Of a DNA stretch of 40,086 bases, positions 9,049-18,875 are shown piece after piece (positions within the stretch are counted from its first letter, which is position 1; each line of letters begins with the position of its first letter). The notes under the pieces are model-generated. The model saw nothing but the letters and a program-made list of their open reading frames with translations. It was not told the DNA's origin and searched no databases. The DNA comes from Thermodesulfobacteriota bacterium (GTDB taxonomy: Bacteria; Desulfobacterota; Dissulfuribacteria; Dissulfuribacterales; UBA3076), in assembly GCA_034718455.1 (NCBI GenBank), contig JAYEMY010000121.1, forward strand, positions 1 through 40,086. Reading direction: 5' to 3'. A program made the position numbers and the translations under genes.

Positions 9049-10094
9049 GCCCTTATGGCCCTTGAAAGATCCCTTGTAAGCATCAGGACACGGATAGAGA
9101 GCTCACGAGACAGGAGACCTGTGCCACAACTTGGAGTGATAAGCGCCTGTCTCTTTACCATATCCGGATTTACGCCTAACTGTTTTACATCCTCGTCCCA
9201 CAGGGTCTTTAGACTTGAAACATCTTCTTTTTTCAGGTCTTCTTCGTTTAATGTGGGAACCATGCCCCATGCGATTATTTTTCCTTTTTTCAGAAAATCC
9301 GACAGTTGTTCCTTATAGAGGACTATGCGGTCGAAAAAGCCATAGGCATCGAAACTCAGGATATCCACCGGAGTTTCCAGGATCACGGACCAATCCGTGT
9401 TTGCGCATACATGAATACCTGAGATGCCGCCTGCCTGTTGTACAGTATCAATCACCTCGGTCAGGTCAGTAATTACATCTTCCTTTGTAACGCCGACCAT
9501 GGCAGAGGACCCGAATCCAGCAAGCGCAGGCTCATCCAGGAACAGGATGACCTCATGGCCCAGGGTTTTCATCTCTTCTACCTGGTATCCGGCCCTGAGG
9601 GTGATGGCTTTGACTATCACTTCACGGAGTTGAGGATTGAAGAAGGCCAGGCGACCCGACTTGTCTTTAAGGCCGCTCAGCATGGTAAAGGGCCCTGTGA
9701 TCTGGCCTTTGAGGGCCATGGGCTTGGAGCCGGCCTGCGGGATCGCTTCAAGAAATGCCTTGAAACCGCGTCCTGTTCTGTCGGAAAAAGCAAAAACGGA
9801 TTGTCTCAGAGGCAAACCTGCCTCACTAACCCCCAGATACTGTTCATAGAAGGAGAGGAGCTCCTGCTCAAAAGCCGGATCTTCTGTATCAAAATGGAGG
9901 GAATCTCCCTCTCCCCGTATTCCGGGAAGACCTTCTGTAAACTGGGAAAGGAGCCTTTCCTCCGGATACCCGGGTAGCTGGGCCCATAGCGGAATTTCAG
10001 GCATATACTCCAGAATAAGCCTGGTGGCTTCCTGGTGGTCCGAGAGGGGCAGACTTCCAATCAGTGTTGGTAATGCATTAGGTTCAAAGGCCAT
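9045..10094 (-). CDS. MetE-like (cobalamin-independent methionine synthase C-terminal domain/UROD-fold) Zn methyltransferase family protein
   Basis: LPTLIGSLPLSDHQEA resembles the MetE LPTTTIGSFPQT motif. Putative Zn ligands are IHVCAN (H-x-C) and ITPSCGTG. I prefer the ATG at 10094 (MAFEP), preceded by GAGGAA, over the GTG at 10106 used by the track. Confidence 0.65.
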   Translation of the reverse strand: MAFEPNALPTLIGSLPLSDHQEATRLILEYMPEIPLWAQLPGYPEERLLSQFTEGLPGIRGEGDSLHFDTEDPAFEQELLSFYEQYLGVSEAGLPLRQSVFAFSDRTGRGFKAFLEAIPQAGSKPMALKGQITGPFTMLSGLKDKSGRLAFFNPQLREVIVKAITLRAGYQVEEMKTLGHEVILFLDEPALAGFGSSAMVGVTKEDVITDLTEVIDTVQQAGGISGIHVCANTDWSVILETPVDILSFDAYGFFDRIVLYKEQLSDFLKKGKIIAWGMVPTLNEEDLKKEDVSSLKTLWDEDVKQLGVNPDMVKRQALITPSCGTGLLSRELSIRVLMLTRDLSRAIRA

Positions 10095-10102
10095 TTTGTT
10101 CC

Positions 10103-11635
10103 TCACAGGTATTTAATTTTATACTGTTCCAGGTGAAACTCAGGTTTTGAGACAATGGTGATTTCCCTCTTAAGGGATTTTTCCAATAGTTCCATATTGT
10201 GGGCCTCTTCCTTAAAGAGCATTTCTCCTATCTTGGGATGGACAAGGACATGTATGCTGGTGCTGTCATCATGTATTGTCTCTCGCTGTATTCGGTAGAA
10301 AATTTCGTAGCACAGGGTCCTTTTGGATTTGAGTTCCCCTGTCCCGTCACAGTAAAAGCAGGGTTCGCAGAGTACATGATGCAGGTTCTCCCTGTTTCGC
10401 TTTCTTGTCATCTGGATGAGGCCGACTTCTGATATTCGCAGGATATTGGTCTTGCTCCTGTCCTTTTTAATGGCCTCTTTGAGGGTCTTAAACACATCTT
10501 CTCTATTTGCGGCATTTTCCATATCTATAAAGTCGATTATGATCAGACCGCCCATGTTTCTGAGGCGGAGCTGATAGGCGATCTCCTTGGCCGCTTCAAG
10601 ATTTGTCTTAAGAATAGTGTCCTCCAGGTGACGTTTTCCTACATATTTTCCTGTGTTAACGTCTATGGCTATGAGTGCCTCCGTGGTCTCTATGAGTATG
10701 TCTCCGCCGGATTTCAGCCATACCTTTTTACGAAGGGCCTTTGACAACTCTACTTCAATGCCAAAGGCATCAAAGATAGGCATTGACTGCTCGTAGAGTT
10801 CAACACTGGGCCGGAGGTGAAGGGCAAAGGTCTCAACAAAGGCCAGAATGCGCTCATGGGCGGGTCTTGAGTCAACCACCAGCCGTTTTACATCACACGT
10901 AAACAGATCCCTTACTACCCTGAGGGTAATATCCAGGTCTTCATAGACAAGACTCGGGCAGTGAAGGCTTTCAGCCCTTTTTTGGATATTTGTCCAGAGG
11001 TGAAGGAGAAAATCCATCTCGGCCTGGATGTTTTCCGCAGTAGCGCCTTCACTTGCTGTTCTGGCTATAAATCCGAAACCATTTGGACGCAGTGAATCTA
11101 TCATTTCTTTTAGACGTTTACGCTCAGATTCGTCTTCGATCCTTCGAGAGATCCCCATGTGATTCATGGTCGGCATGAGCACCAGGTGTCTGCCTGGGAA
11201 TGAGATGTGGGAAGTGACCCTGGCGCCCTTGCTTCCCAGGGGATCCTTGGCTACCTGGACCAGGATTTCCTGACCTTCGTGAAGCAGGTCCTCTATCCTG
11301 AAAGATGGTGGGGTGTAGTGCAGAGGGCGATCTTCCTCAGCGGTAAAATGTGCTAAATGGTTTTCCTCGTCCTCGCTCCTACCAAGCAACAATTCAAACT
11401 CGGAAAGATGGTCGTAGACATCCGTCACATATAAAAAAGCCGTACGTTCGAGCCCAATGTTTACAAAGGCGGCCTGCATCCCGGGAAGGACCCTTACAAC
11501 ACGTCCTTTATAGATATTTCCCACATATCCCCGCTCAGCTACGCGCTCCACGTGGAATTCCACAACAGAGCTGTTTTCCAATAAGGCGACCCTTGTTTCC
11601 CATGGAGTGACGTTGATGATGAGTTCGGCATGCAT
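10103..11635 (-). CDS. rng: ribonuclease G/E family endoribonuclease
   Basis: S1 domain GNIYKGRVVRVLPGMQAAFVNIG and catalytic-domain motifs IAIDVNTGKY and GGLIIIDFIDM. The internal ATG (MHAELIINV) at 11635 avoids overlap with ftsK. The track ORF opens at 11659. Confidence 0.85.
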   Translation of the reverse strand: MHAELIINVTPWETRVALLENSSVVEFHVERVAERGYVGNIYKGRVVRVLPGMQAAFVNIGLERTAFLYVTDVYDHLSEFELLLGRSEDEENHLAHFTAEEDRPLHYTPPSFRIEDLLHEGQEILVQVAKDPLGSKGARVTSHISFPGRHLVLMPTMNHMGISRRIEDESERKRLKEMIDSLRPNGFGFIARTASEGATAENIQAEMDFLLHLWTNIQKRAESLHCPSLVYEDLDITLRVVRDLFTCDVKRLVVDSRPAHERILAFVETFALHLRPSVELYEQSMPIFDAFGIEVELSKALRKKVWLKSGGDILIETTEALIAIDVNTGKYVGKRHLEDTILKTNLEAAKEIAYQLRLRNMGGLIIIDFIDMENAANREDVFKTLKEAIKKDRSKTNILRISEVGLIQMTRKRNRENLHHVLCEPCFYCDGTGELKSKRTLCYEIFYRIQRETIHDDSTSIHVLVHPKIGEMLFKEEAHNMELLEKSLKREITIVSKPEFHLEQYKIKYL

Positions 11636-11639
11636 AAGA

Positions 11640-13823
11640 TTATTCGTATTTGCGGACAAGGACGTGTCTGCGTCCCATGTTGTCTGTGGGGCTCACCACC
11701 CCGGCATGCTCCATCTGTTCTATCATTCTGGCTGCCCGGTTGTAGCCCACACGCAGCCTGCGCTGGAGCATGGATATGGATGCCTGGCCGGTCTGTGTGA
11801 CCATCTCAACGGCCTCGTCATATTTATCGTCAACCGACTCCCCGCCGGGACCTGATGTCTCAGAATCCTCTTCTCCGGGGATTGGTTCAGTCACCGTCTG
11901 GTCATAGTCGGGCTCACCCTGGGCCTTAAGGAACTCCACTACCCGGACTATTTCCTTTTCAGATACATAGGCCCCGTGGATGCGCTCCAGAGCGGAAGAT
12001 CCTGGAGGTAGAAAGAGCATGTCTCCCATTCCGAGGAGCCTTTCAGCTCCCATAGCGTCCAGTATGGTCCGGGAATCCACTTTGGATGAGACCTTAAAGG
12101 AAATCCGAGCCGGGAAGTTTGCCTTGATAAGACCTGTAAGTACATCAACTGACGGCCTCTGAGTAGCCACGATGAGATGAATTCCAGCGGCTCTTGCCAT
12201 CTGGGCAAGACGTGTGATTGCTGACTCCACTTCCTTGGAGGAGACTATCATCAAGTCTGCCAGCTCGTCTATAATGATTATCAGGTAGGGAAGGGGCTCT
12301 TCGGCGGTTTTGTTGTATCCCTGGAGGTTTCTTGCCTGGGCCTCTTCAAGGAGCTTATAGCGACGCTCCATCTCCATCACCGCCCACCTCAAGGCCCTTG
12401 TGGCCTCTTTGGGTTCGCTTACAACCGGATGCAAAAGGTGAGGAATCCCGTCGTAGAGGGAAAGCTCTATCCTCTTGGGGTCTATCATAAGGAACCTCAG
12501 CCTGTCCGGGTGATGGCCATAGAGAAGAGAGCAGATCATGGCATTAAGCCCTACACTTTTCCCGGTACCTGTAGCGCCGGCGATCAGCAGGTGCGGCATT
12601 TTGGTGAGGTCTGTAACCACAGGCTGACCCACAATATCCTGTCCAAGAGTCAGAGGAAGCCTTCCCCCGGTTTTTTGAAAAATATTGCTCGAAAGGATTT
12701 CCTTTAAATAGATTATATGCCTGGTTGTGTTTGCCAACTCGATACCGATAACCGCCTTGCCGGGAATAGGCGCAACTATCCGGACACTGTGGGTCCTGAG
12801 GGCCAAGGCCAGGTCATCAGCAAGAGAGGCCACCTTGTTGATCTTAATCCCCGGAGCAGGTGAATATTCGTACATTGTAACAACCGGTCCGGGACATATC
12901 TCTACAACGTTTCCGGCAACTCCAAAGTCCAGAAGTTTTTTCTCAAGTAACCTGGCATTAGAGAGATAGATCTCTTTGTCTGTTTCCTCATTTTCTTCCG
13001 GCGGGTCATTCAGTAATGTCAAGGGCGGCAGAGAAAAATCCCCTGCGACCGGGTTTATTTGAAACTTTGATTGCTCTTGCCCTTTAGCATCTTGTCCCTT
13101 TGCGCCTGAATTTCTCCGAGACTCGGTAATCTTGGGAATATCCCGTACAGGGCCTTCAAGGTAGGCGTCTTTTGCTGAGGTCTGTTTCATGTTCCGACCA
13201 GGGGGCTTTTGAACCTTGGTTCGTTGAAAAAGACCGCGCTCTTTAATTGAAGAGATAGCCGGCCAAATATTTGCCAGGGAAAATGTGGTTGCAGCCAATA
13301 GGCCGGTGATGAACAGGACCACGCCGGACAATATAGTTCCCCATTCTCCGACCCAGTTGATAAGAAAAGCAGTAAGGCTGAGGCCTACAATTCCTCCACT
13401 CGCGGCATTGGGCATGACGGCAGTGCCTTCGCCGGTCGTAGACGATAAGGCAAAGGCCATACTTGTGGATAGAAGCATAGTTGTCCAACCAAAGATCAAC
13501 AACGGGAACGAAGGGAGTTGATCTTTTTTTGAAGAGAAGAGAGACCATGCCATAACTATAAGGATTACTGGTATCCACCATGAAGCAAACCCCAGCGTTT
13601 CCATAAAAAAAGCTGCCAAGTTGGCCCCTACAGGCCCCATCCAGTTACTGGAACCTTTAAGCTCATAATGGCTAAGGGAGGGGTCCCCAGGGGAATAGCT
13701 CAGTAAAGAAGCGCAGGCGAACATAGCACCTGCCAGGAGAAAAAGCCCCAGTATTTCCTGGAGTAAGGCCCCTTTCCGGTCTGAATTATTATTTTTGGCC
13801 CTTGATTTGGTTTTATTGGACAT
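11640..13823 (-). CDS. ftsK: DNA translocase FtsK/SpoIIIE
   Basis: N-terminal TM helices, Walker A AGATGTGKSVGLN, Walker B IIIDELADLM and a C-terminal gamma winged-helix domain (ISMLQRRLRVGYNRAARMIEQME). Confidence 0.9.
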   Translation of the reverse strand: MSNKTKSRAKNNNSDRKGALLQEILGLFLLAGAMFACASLLSYSPGDPSLSHYELKGSSNWMGPVGANLAAFFMETLGFASWWIPVILIVMAWSLFSSKKDQLPSFPLLIFGWTTMLLSTSMAFALSSTTGEGTAVMPNAASGGIVGLSLTAFLINWVGEWGTILSGVVLFITGLLAATTFSLANIWPAISSIKERGLFQRTKVQKPPGRNMKQTSAKDAYLEGPVRDIPKITESRRNSGAKGQDAKGQEQSKFQINPVAGDFSLPPLTLLNDPPEENEETDKEIYLSNARLLEKKLLDFGVAGNVVEICPGPVVTMYEYSPAPGIKINKVASLADDLALALRTHSVRIVAPIPGKAVIGIELANTTRHIIYLKEILSSNIFQKTGGRLPLTLGQDIVGQPVVTDLTKMPHLLIAGATGTGKSVGLNAMICSLLYGHHPDRLRFLMIDPKRIELSLYDGIPHLLHPVVSEPKEATRALRWAVMEMERRYKLLEEAQARNLQGYNKTAEEPLPYLIIIIDELADLMIVSSKEVESAITRLAQMARAAGIHLIVATQRPSVDVLTGLIKANFPARISFKVSSKVDSRTILDAMGAERLLGMGDMLFLPPGSSALERIHGAYVSEKEIVRVVEFLKAQGEPDYDQTVTEPIPGEEDSETSGPGGESVDDKYDEAVEMVTQTGQASISMLQRRLRVGYNRAARMIEQMEHAGVVSPTDNMGRRHVLVRKYE

Positions 13824-14030
13824 TAAACACGCACCATATTTGATGTTCCTGTACTTTCAGATACATAATACTATAACGACAAATGACTGGAAAGGCTCAA
13901 ATGGTTTCTGTGGTTACTTTGCTGATAGATATGCTTGGAGATTTTTCTGACCTTTAGTACTGTGGCTTAAGACGGATTTTTTGAACCGCATGAAGGATGC
14001 CTAATGTTACTTTTTTTTAAATTCAAAATT

Positions 14031-14059
14031 GTGTCTGAACGGCCTTTTCGTTCAGACAC
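14031..14059 (+). promoter_or_regulatory. perfect 11-bp inverted repeat GTGTCTGAACG-N7-CGTTCAGACAC just upstream of the cooC-like gene
   Basis: The arms 14031-14041 and 14049-14059 are exact reverse complements. The repeat ends 4 nt before ATG 14063 and 19 nt before the alternative GTG 14078. No gene ends upstream on either strand, so a terminator role is unlikely. It is either an operator or a 5'-UTR hairpin. Confidence 0.35.
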
Positions 14060-14062
14060 TAG

Positions 14063-14830
14063 ATGGGAGAATATCCTGTGAAAATAGCAGTAAGCGGCAA
14101 AGGCGGCGTGGGTAAAACCACCATCAGTGCCTTTCTTGTTCAGGCCTTGGCAGACAGGGGTAGGCAGGTGCTCGCGATTGATTCGGATCCAAGTCCACAT
14201 CTTGCGAGAGCCCTTGATTTTCCGCAGGCAGAGGATATCCGCCCGATTGCGGAGATGCGAGAGCTTATTCAGGAAAGATCCGAGAGAGACGGCTCTTTTT
14301 ACAGGTTAAATCCAAGGGTAAGCGATCTCCCTGAGCGTTTTATGAGGCAGAAGGGAAACATCAAGCTCATGGTGCTCGGGGCCATTCAACAGGGAGGGGC
14401 AGGATGCGCATGTGCTGAAAATGCAGTGCTCAGGACCCTTTTGAATACCTTGCTCCTTTCTAAGGATGAGGACATAGTCGTTGATACGGAAGCAGGAGTT
14501 GAACATCTGGGCCGGGGCACGATTGCCAGTGTTGATCACCTGCTGGTAGTAATTCAGCCTTATAGGGGAAGTCTTGAGACCGCGAACAAAATATTGGCCC
14601 TGGGGAAAGATTTGCAAATAAATCATCTTGAAATAGTGGCCAATCAGATACGTGGCCAGGAAGACCTGAACTACATACAGGAGAACTTAGGCGTCAAACC
14701 CATAGGTGTCTTTCTTGGCTCAGACAAGGTCAGGGAGGCTGAAAGGGCAGGGGTGCCGATCTATGAGGCCAGCTCCACGTTTGGGAAATCAGCCCGGGAT
14801 CTTTTAGACATACTGGAACAGATGACATGA
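14063..14830 (+). CDS. CooC-type (MinD/ParA-class) P-loop NTPase, putative metallocentre maturation factor
   Basis: Deviant Walker A KIAVSGKGGVGKTT and a C-x-C motif GGAGCACAEN at the position of the CooC metal-binding CxC. The real start may be the GTG at 14078 (VKIAVSGKGG), preceded by GGGAG. Confidence 0.75.
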   Translation: MGEYPVKIAVSGKGGVGKTTISAFLVQALADRGRQVLAIDSDPSPHLARALDFPQAEDIRPIAEMRELIQERSERDGSFYRLNPRVSDLPERFMRQKGNIKLMVLGAIQQGGAGCACAENAVLRTLLNTLLLSKDEDIVVDTEAGVEHLGRGTIASVDHLLVVIQPYRGSLETANKILALGKDLQINHLEIVANQIRGQEDLNYIQENLGVKPIGVFLGSDKVREAERAGVPIYEASSTFGKSARDLLDILEQMT

Positions 14831-15642
14831 TCAATACATTTCCTCCACTTGCGGATGTGCAAAACTTGCCTGACAATCGGCAAATTCCTCTGCGCAAGGT
14901 GGGTATAAAGAATATCCGTTACCCAATAACTGTCCTTGATAAAGCAAAAGGCACTCAACAGACAGTGGCCAATGTCAACATGTATGTGAATTTGCCCCAC
15001 CAATTTAAGGGGACACACATGAGCCGTTTTGTTGAAATCCTGAATGAGTATCGCAGGGAAATTAATGTCAAGACCTTTGCCAAGATTCTCACTGAGATGA
15101 AAAACCGTCTGGACTCACAGGAGGCCCACCTTGAGGTGGATTTCCCCTATTTCATAGAAAAGCAGGCACCAGTGACCAAGACCCCCGGGCTTATGGAATA
15201 TAGCTGTGGTCTCTATGGCACCCTGACCGATCAATTTGATATGATGTTAGTGGTCAGTGTGCCCATTACTACTGTATGCCCGTGCTCAAAAGAGATATCT
15301 GATTACGGTGCTCACAACCAGAGGGGAGAGGTTAGGGCATGGGTCAGGTTTGATTGTTTTTTATGGCTTGAGGACGTAATTACAGAAGTAGAAAAGGCAT
15401 CTTCTTCAGAAGTCTATTCAGTGCTCAAGAGACCTGATGAAAAATTCGTTACGGAAAGGGCCTATGAAAGGCCGATGTTTGTAGAAGACGTAGTAAGGAC
15501 CGTATGCCAAGGTCTTAAAGTATTGAAGGGAGTTACATGGTTTGCTGTTGAGGCGGAAAACTTTGAGTCCATTCACAACCACTCTGCTTATGCCTGCACT
15601 ACCCAGTGCCTGAACGAAAAAGCCGTTCAGACACAATTTTGA
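14827..15642 (+). CDS. folE2: GTP cyclohydrolase I type 2 (FolE2/MptA family)
   Basis: LPDNRQIPLRKVGIKNIRYPITV, KGTHMSRFVEIL and VCPCSKEISDYGAHNQRG are hallmarks of the FolE2/GCYH-IB family. The ATG overlaps the upstream stop (ATGA at 14827-14830). Confidence 0.85.
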   Translation: MINTFPPLADVQNLPDNRQIPLRKVGIKNIRYPITVLDKAKGTQQTVANVNMYVNLPHQFKGTHMSRFVEILNEYRREINVKTFAKILTEMKNRLDSQEAHLEVDFPYFIEKQAPVTKTPGLMEYSCGLYGTLTDQFDMMLVVSVPITTVCPCSKEISDYGAHNQRGEVRAWVRFDCFLWLEDVITEVEKASSSEVYSVLKRPDEKFVTERAYERPMFVEDVVRTVCQGLKVLKGVTWFAVEAENFESIHNHSAYACTTQCLNEKAVQTQF

Positions 15643-15777
15643 ATACGGCTAAACTCGAAGAGGTGTTCTGGCTAACTAATGCCTGAACGGAAACCCTAAA
15701 TTTCGCTTTCTCAATTTAGGTCGAGAACCATTAACATATTAAGATTATTTCTTTTTTTACGGTACATTAAAAATTTC

Positions 15778-15807
15778 TTGACCTGTAGCTTCCAATAATG
15801 CTATAGA
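15778..15807 (+). promoter_or_regulatory. sigma70-like promoter candidate (TTGACC-N18-TATAGA)
   Basis: TTGACC at 15778-15783 and TATAGA at 15802-15807, about 120 nt upstream of ATG 15928. Confidence 0.3.
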
Positions 15808-15927
15808 AATTAATATGTGGTGCTTGGGAGCGCCGTTTCAGTCCAAATAGCAAAAAACGATTTCCTGTCAGCCTATCAGCGAGGTTTCGGTGATTTGATT
15901 TCTCAGGAAAGAGCTTTTCGAAAATGT

Positions 15928-18762
15928 ATGGGATTAAAAAAAACGACCAACAAAGTATTATTGATAGGATGGGATGCCGCTGACTGGAAGATTATTCACC
16001 AGCTCATTGATACCGGGAAGATGCCGAATCTGGCGAAATTTGTTGAGCAAGGGGTGATCGGCAATCTCGCCACGCTTTACCCTGCACTCTCTCCCATGCT
16101 CTGGACATCAATTGCAACGGGAAAACGTCCATTTAAACACGGCATACGCGGCTTTATCGAACCTGACCCGCACTCCGGCGGGGTACGGCCAATTACCAAC
16201 ATTTCCCGAAAAACAAAGGCCATCTGGAATATATTAGGCCAGTCAGGGAAAAAATCTAATGTCATAGGCTGGTGGCCTTCGCATCCTGCAGAACCTATAA
16301 ACGGGGTAATGGTCTCAAATCATTATCAAAGGGCAATAGCGCCCCACGGGGAACCCTGGCCAGTCAGGCCGGGTACTGTCCACCCTGAACGGCTGATAAG
16401 GAATCTCGCTGCATTACGTGTCCACCCGCAGGAACTTGATACGGGGCTTATCATGAACTTTGTGCCCCGCCTTGCTGAGATAGACCAGGAAAAGAACCAC
16501 AGAATTGAAAGCCTCGCAAAAATCATCGCCGATTGCACCACCATCAACAAGGCCGCAACAGCCATTCTGCACCATGAACAGTGGAATTTTACGGCCGTCT
16601 ATTTTGACTCAATCGACCATTTCTGCCATGGCTTCATTAACTATCACCCGCCCCGTCTCCCATGGGTCAATGAAAAAGACTATGAACTCTACAAACATAT
16701 TGTGGAAAGCGGCTATATCTACCACGATATCATGCTCGGTACGCTCCTGGACAAGGCAGGAGATGACAGCACGGTAATGTTGGTGTCCGACCACGGGTTC
16801 CACTCGGACCATCTCAGGCCCCGACACATCCCGGCAGAGCCTGCCGGACCCGCTGTCCAGCACCGGCCCTACGGCATTTTTGCGATAAAGGGTCCCGGTA
16901 TAAAAAAGGACGAGATCATCTACGGCGCAAGCCTGCTTGATATCTGCCCGACAGTACTAACGCTGTTTGGTCTGCCGGTCGGAGAAGATATGGACGGCAA
17001 ACCCCTTGTAAACATCTTTGAACACCCACCAAAGATCGAAACTGTCTCTAGCTGGGATACGATCCCCGGAAACGATGGAAGCCACCCGGAAGGCAGAAAG
17101 ATTGACCCTGTTGAGGCAAAGGAGGCAATAGATCAATTAGTAGAACTGGGATACATTGAAAAACCGGACGAAAACAGGGAAAAGGCGGCACAGCAGAGCC
17201 TGTGCGAGTTAGATTACAATGTTGCCCGCTCATACATGGACGCAGGCCTTTATGTTGAAGCCGTCCCTATCCTGAAAAACCTGCTTGAAACATGGCCGGA
17301 TCAACACCGGTTCGGTACACAGCTCGTTACCTGCCTTCAGGCCCTGGGCCGCGTAACGGAAGCGAGATCATTGCTTGATGAGATTTTCAGGCGGAAAAAG
17401 GAAGATGTTGTCAAATCGACCAGGGAACTCAGAGAGTTCGGCAAAAAGCACAAGGATACCCGGCCCGGGGATTTCACCGCGGAAGAGCAGCGTGAACTGC
17501 GCGAACTCAGGACCAGGGCATCCGGAAACCCCTATGCCATGGAATTTCTCATGGGCTCGCTTCTCTTTGAAGAAGGTGACGAAGACCAGGCCCTTGTCCA
17601 CCTGAAGACTGCTGAAAAGGCCGACAACCGGCAAGCAGCCCTGCACAACAGGCTGGGGGATGTATACCTGAAAATGAAGAGATGGAAGGATGCCAAGGAC
17701 AGTTTTGAAAGGGCGCTCGCGATTGACTCGGAAAACGCCGATGCACACCTTGGTCTCTGCCGAACCTGCCTTCAAATGAAGAATAGCAGTGCAGCGGCAG
17801 GAGCAGCCCTCACTGCTGTGGGGCTTCGATTTCACAATCCAAAGGGGCATTTTTTGCTCGGTGTCGCCCTTCACCGTATGGGAAAGGTATATGAGGCAAT
17901 TAATGCACTGAAACTGTCAATTTCTCAAAGTCCCAATTACCCGGAGGCGCACCACAGGCTCAGCTACATCTACAAGAACCGCCTCAAGGATGATGCAAAA
18001 GCGGAAAGACACAATCGCCTGGCAAAGGAGGCAAAAAAGCGGATACATGCCCTGAAAAAAGGCAAGCCGATCCCCGGCCTGGACAAAGAAACCGCGGCCC
18101 GGACTTCTATTACCTCTGATCAGACTGGCGTTTCCTCATCTGAAGACACGGATCCACAGGGCCCCGTGGACCTGAAAAATACGGTGGTTATTGTCTCGGG
18201 CCTTCCCCGCTCAGGCACATCCATGATGATGCAGATGCTCACACGGGGAGGGCTTTCCGCCCTTACCGACAATACGAGAAGGGCTGACGAGGACAACCCC
18301 AGGGGTTACTTTGAATTTCAAAAAGCCAAGCAGTTACAGAGAGATGCTTCCTGGCTTTCCGATGCAAAGGGCAGGGCTATCAAGATTATTGCGCAGCTTT
18401 TAAGGCACCTACCCGGAAAGGAAGGGCTTGATTATCGAGTTGTATTTATGGAACGTAATTTGGACGAGGTCACCGGCTCGCAGGGTTCAATGCTCAAACG
18501 CCAAGGCAAGAGACCGGCAAAACTCTCGGATGAAGGTATTAGAAAGGTCTTTAGCGAACAGATCAGACAGATAAAACGAACGCTCTCCGCCCGGGATATA
18601 CCCACGCTTTCTGTTGACTACAACAGGGCACTGGCAGTGCCTGCTGAAACTGCCGGCAGGATAAATGCCTTTCTGGGAGGATGGCTTGATGAAAAAAAGA
18701 TGGCAGAGGCGGTGGAGCCTTTGCTTAAACGGCAGGGGAGGAAAGAGGTAAAAAGCAGATAG
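15928..18762 (+). CDS. three-part fusion: type I phosphodiesterase/nucleotide pyrophosphatase (alkaline-phosphatase superfamily) + TPR repeats + sulfotransferase domain
   Basis: N-terminal motifs are VLLIGWDAADW, DSIDHFCHGF and MLVSDHGFHSD. The central part holds TPR-like helices (aa ~470-730 of the track ORF). The C-terminus has the sulfotransferase 5'-PSB-type P-loop VIVSGLPRSGTSMMMQML followed by RVVFMERNLDEV. I prefer the ATG at 15928 (MGLKK). The track opens at the GTG at 15817. Confidence 0.7.
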   Translation: MGLKKTTNKVLLIGWDAADWKIIHQLIDTGKMPNLAKFVEQGVIGNLATLYPALSPMLWTSIATGKRPFKHGIRGFIEPDPHSGGVRPITNISRKTKAIWNILGQSGKKSNVIGWWPSHPAEPINGVMVSNHYQRAIAPHGEPWPVRPGTVHPERLIRNLAALRVHPQELDTGLIMNFVPRLAEIDQEKNHRIESLAKIIADCTTINKAATAILHHEQWNFTAVYFDSIDHFCHGFINYHPPRLPWVNEKDYELYKHIVESGYIYHDIMLGTLLDKAGDDSTVMLVSDHGFHSDHLRPRHIPAEPAGPAVQHRPYGIFAIKGPGIKKDEIIYGASLLDICPTVLTLFGLPVGEDMDGKPLVNIFEHPPKIETVSSWDTIPGNDGSHPEGRKIDPVEAKEAIDQLVELGYIEKPDENREKAAQQSLCELDYNVARSYMDAGLYVEAVPILKNLLETWPDQHRFGTQLVTCLQALGRVTEARSLLDEIFRRKKEDVVKSTRELREFGKKHKDTRPGDFTAEEQRELRELRTRASGNPYAMEFLMGSLLFEEGDEDQALVHLKTAEKADNRQAALHNRLGDVYLKMKRWKDAKDSFERALAIDSENADAHLGLCRTCLQMKNSSAAAGAALTAVGLRFHNPKGHFLLGVALHRMGKVYEAINALKLSISQSPNYPEAHHRLSYIYKNRLKDDAKAERHNRLAKEAKKRIHALKKGKPIPGLDKETAARTSITSDQTGVSSSEDTDPQGPVDLKNTVVIVSGLPRSGTSMMMQMLTRGGLSALTDNTRRADEDNPRGYFEFQKAKQLQRDASWLSDAKGRAIKIIAQLLRHLPGKEGLDYRVVFMERNLDEVTGSQGSMLKRQGKRPAKLSDEGIRKVFSEQIRQIKRTLSARDIPTLSVDYNRALAVPAETAGRINAFLGGWLDEKKMAEAVEPLLKRQGRKEVKSR

Positions 18763-18875
18763 CAAAGGGCAGAGGTGATAGGTAAAGGGCAAGACAGGTA
18801 AACATTAAGTATGTTTGTGAACCGGTCTTAAGCAATGGATGTCCTGACAACAACTTGATTAGAAGAGGACTGAGC

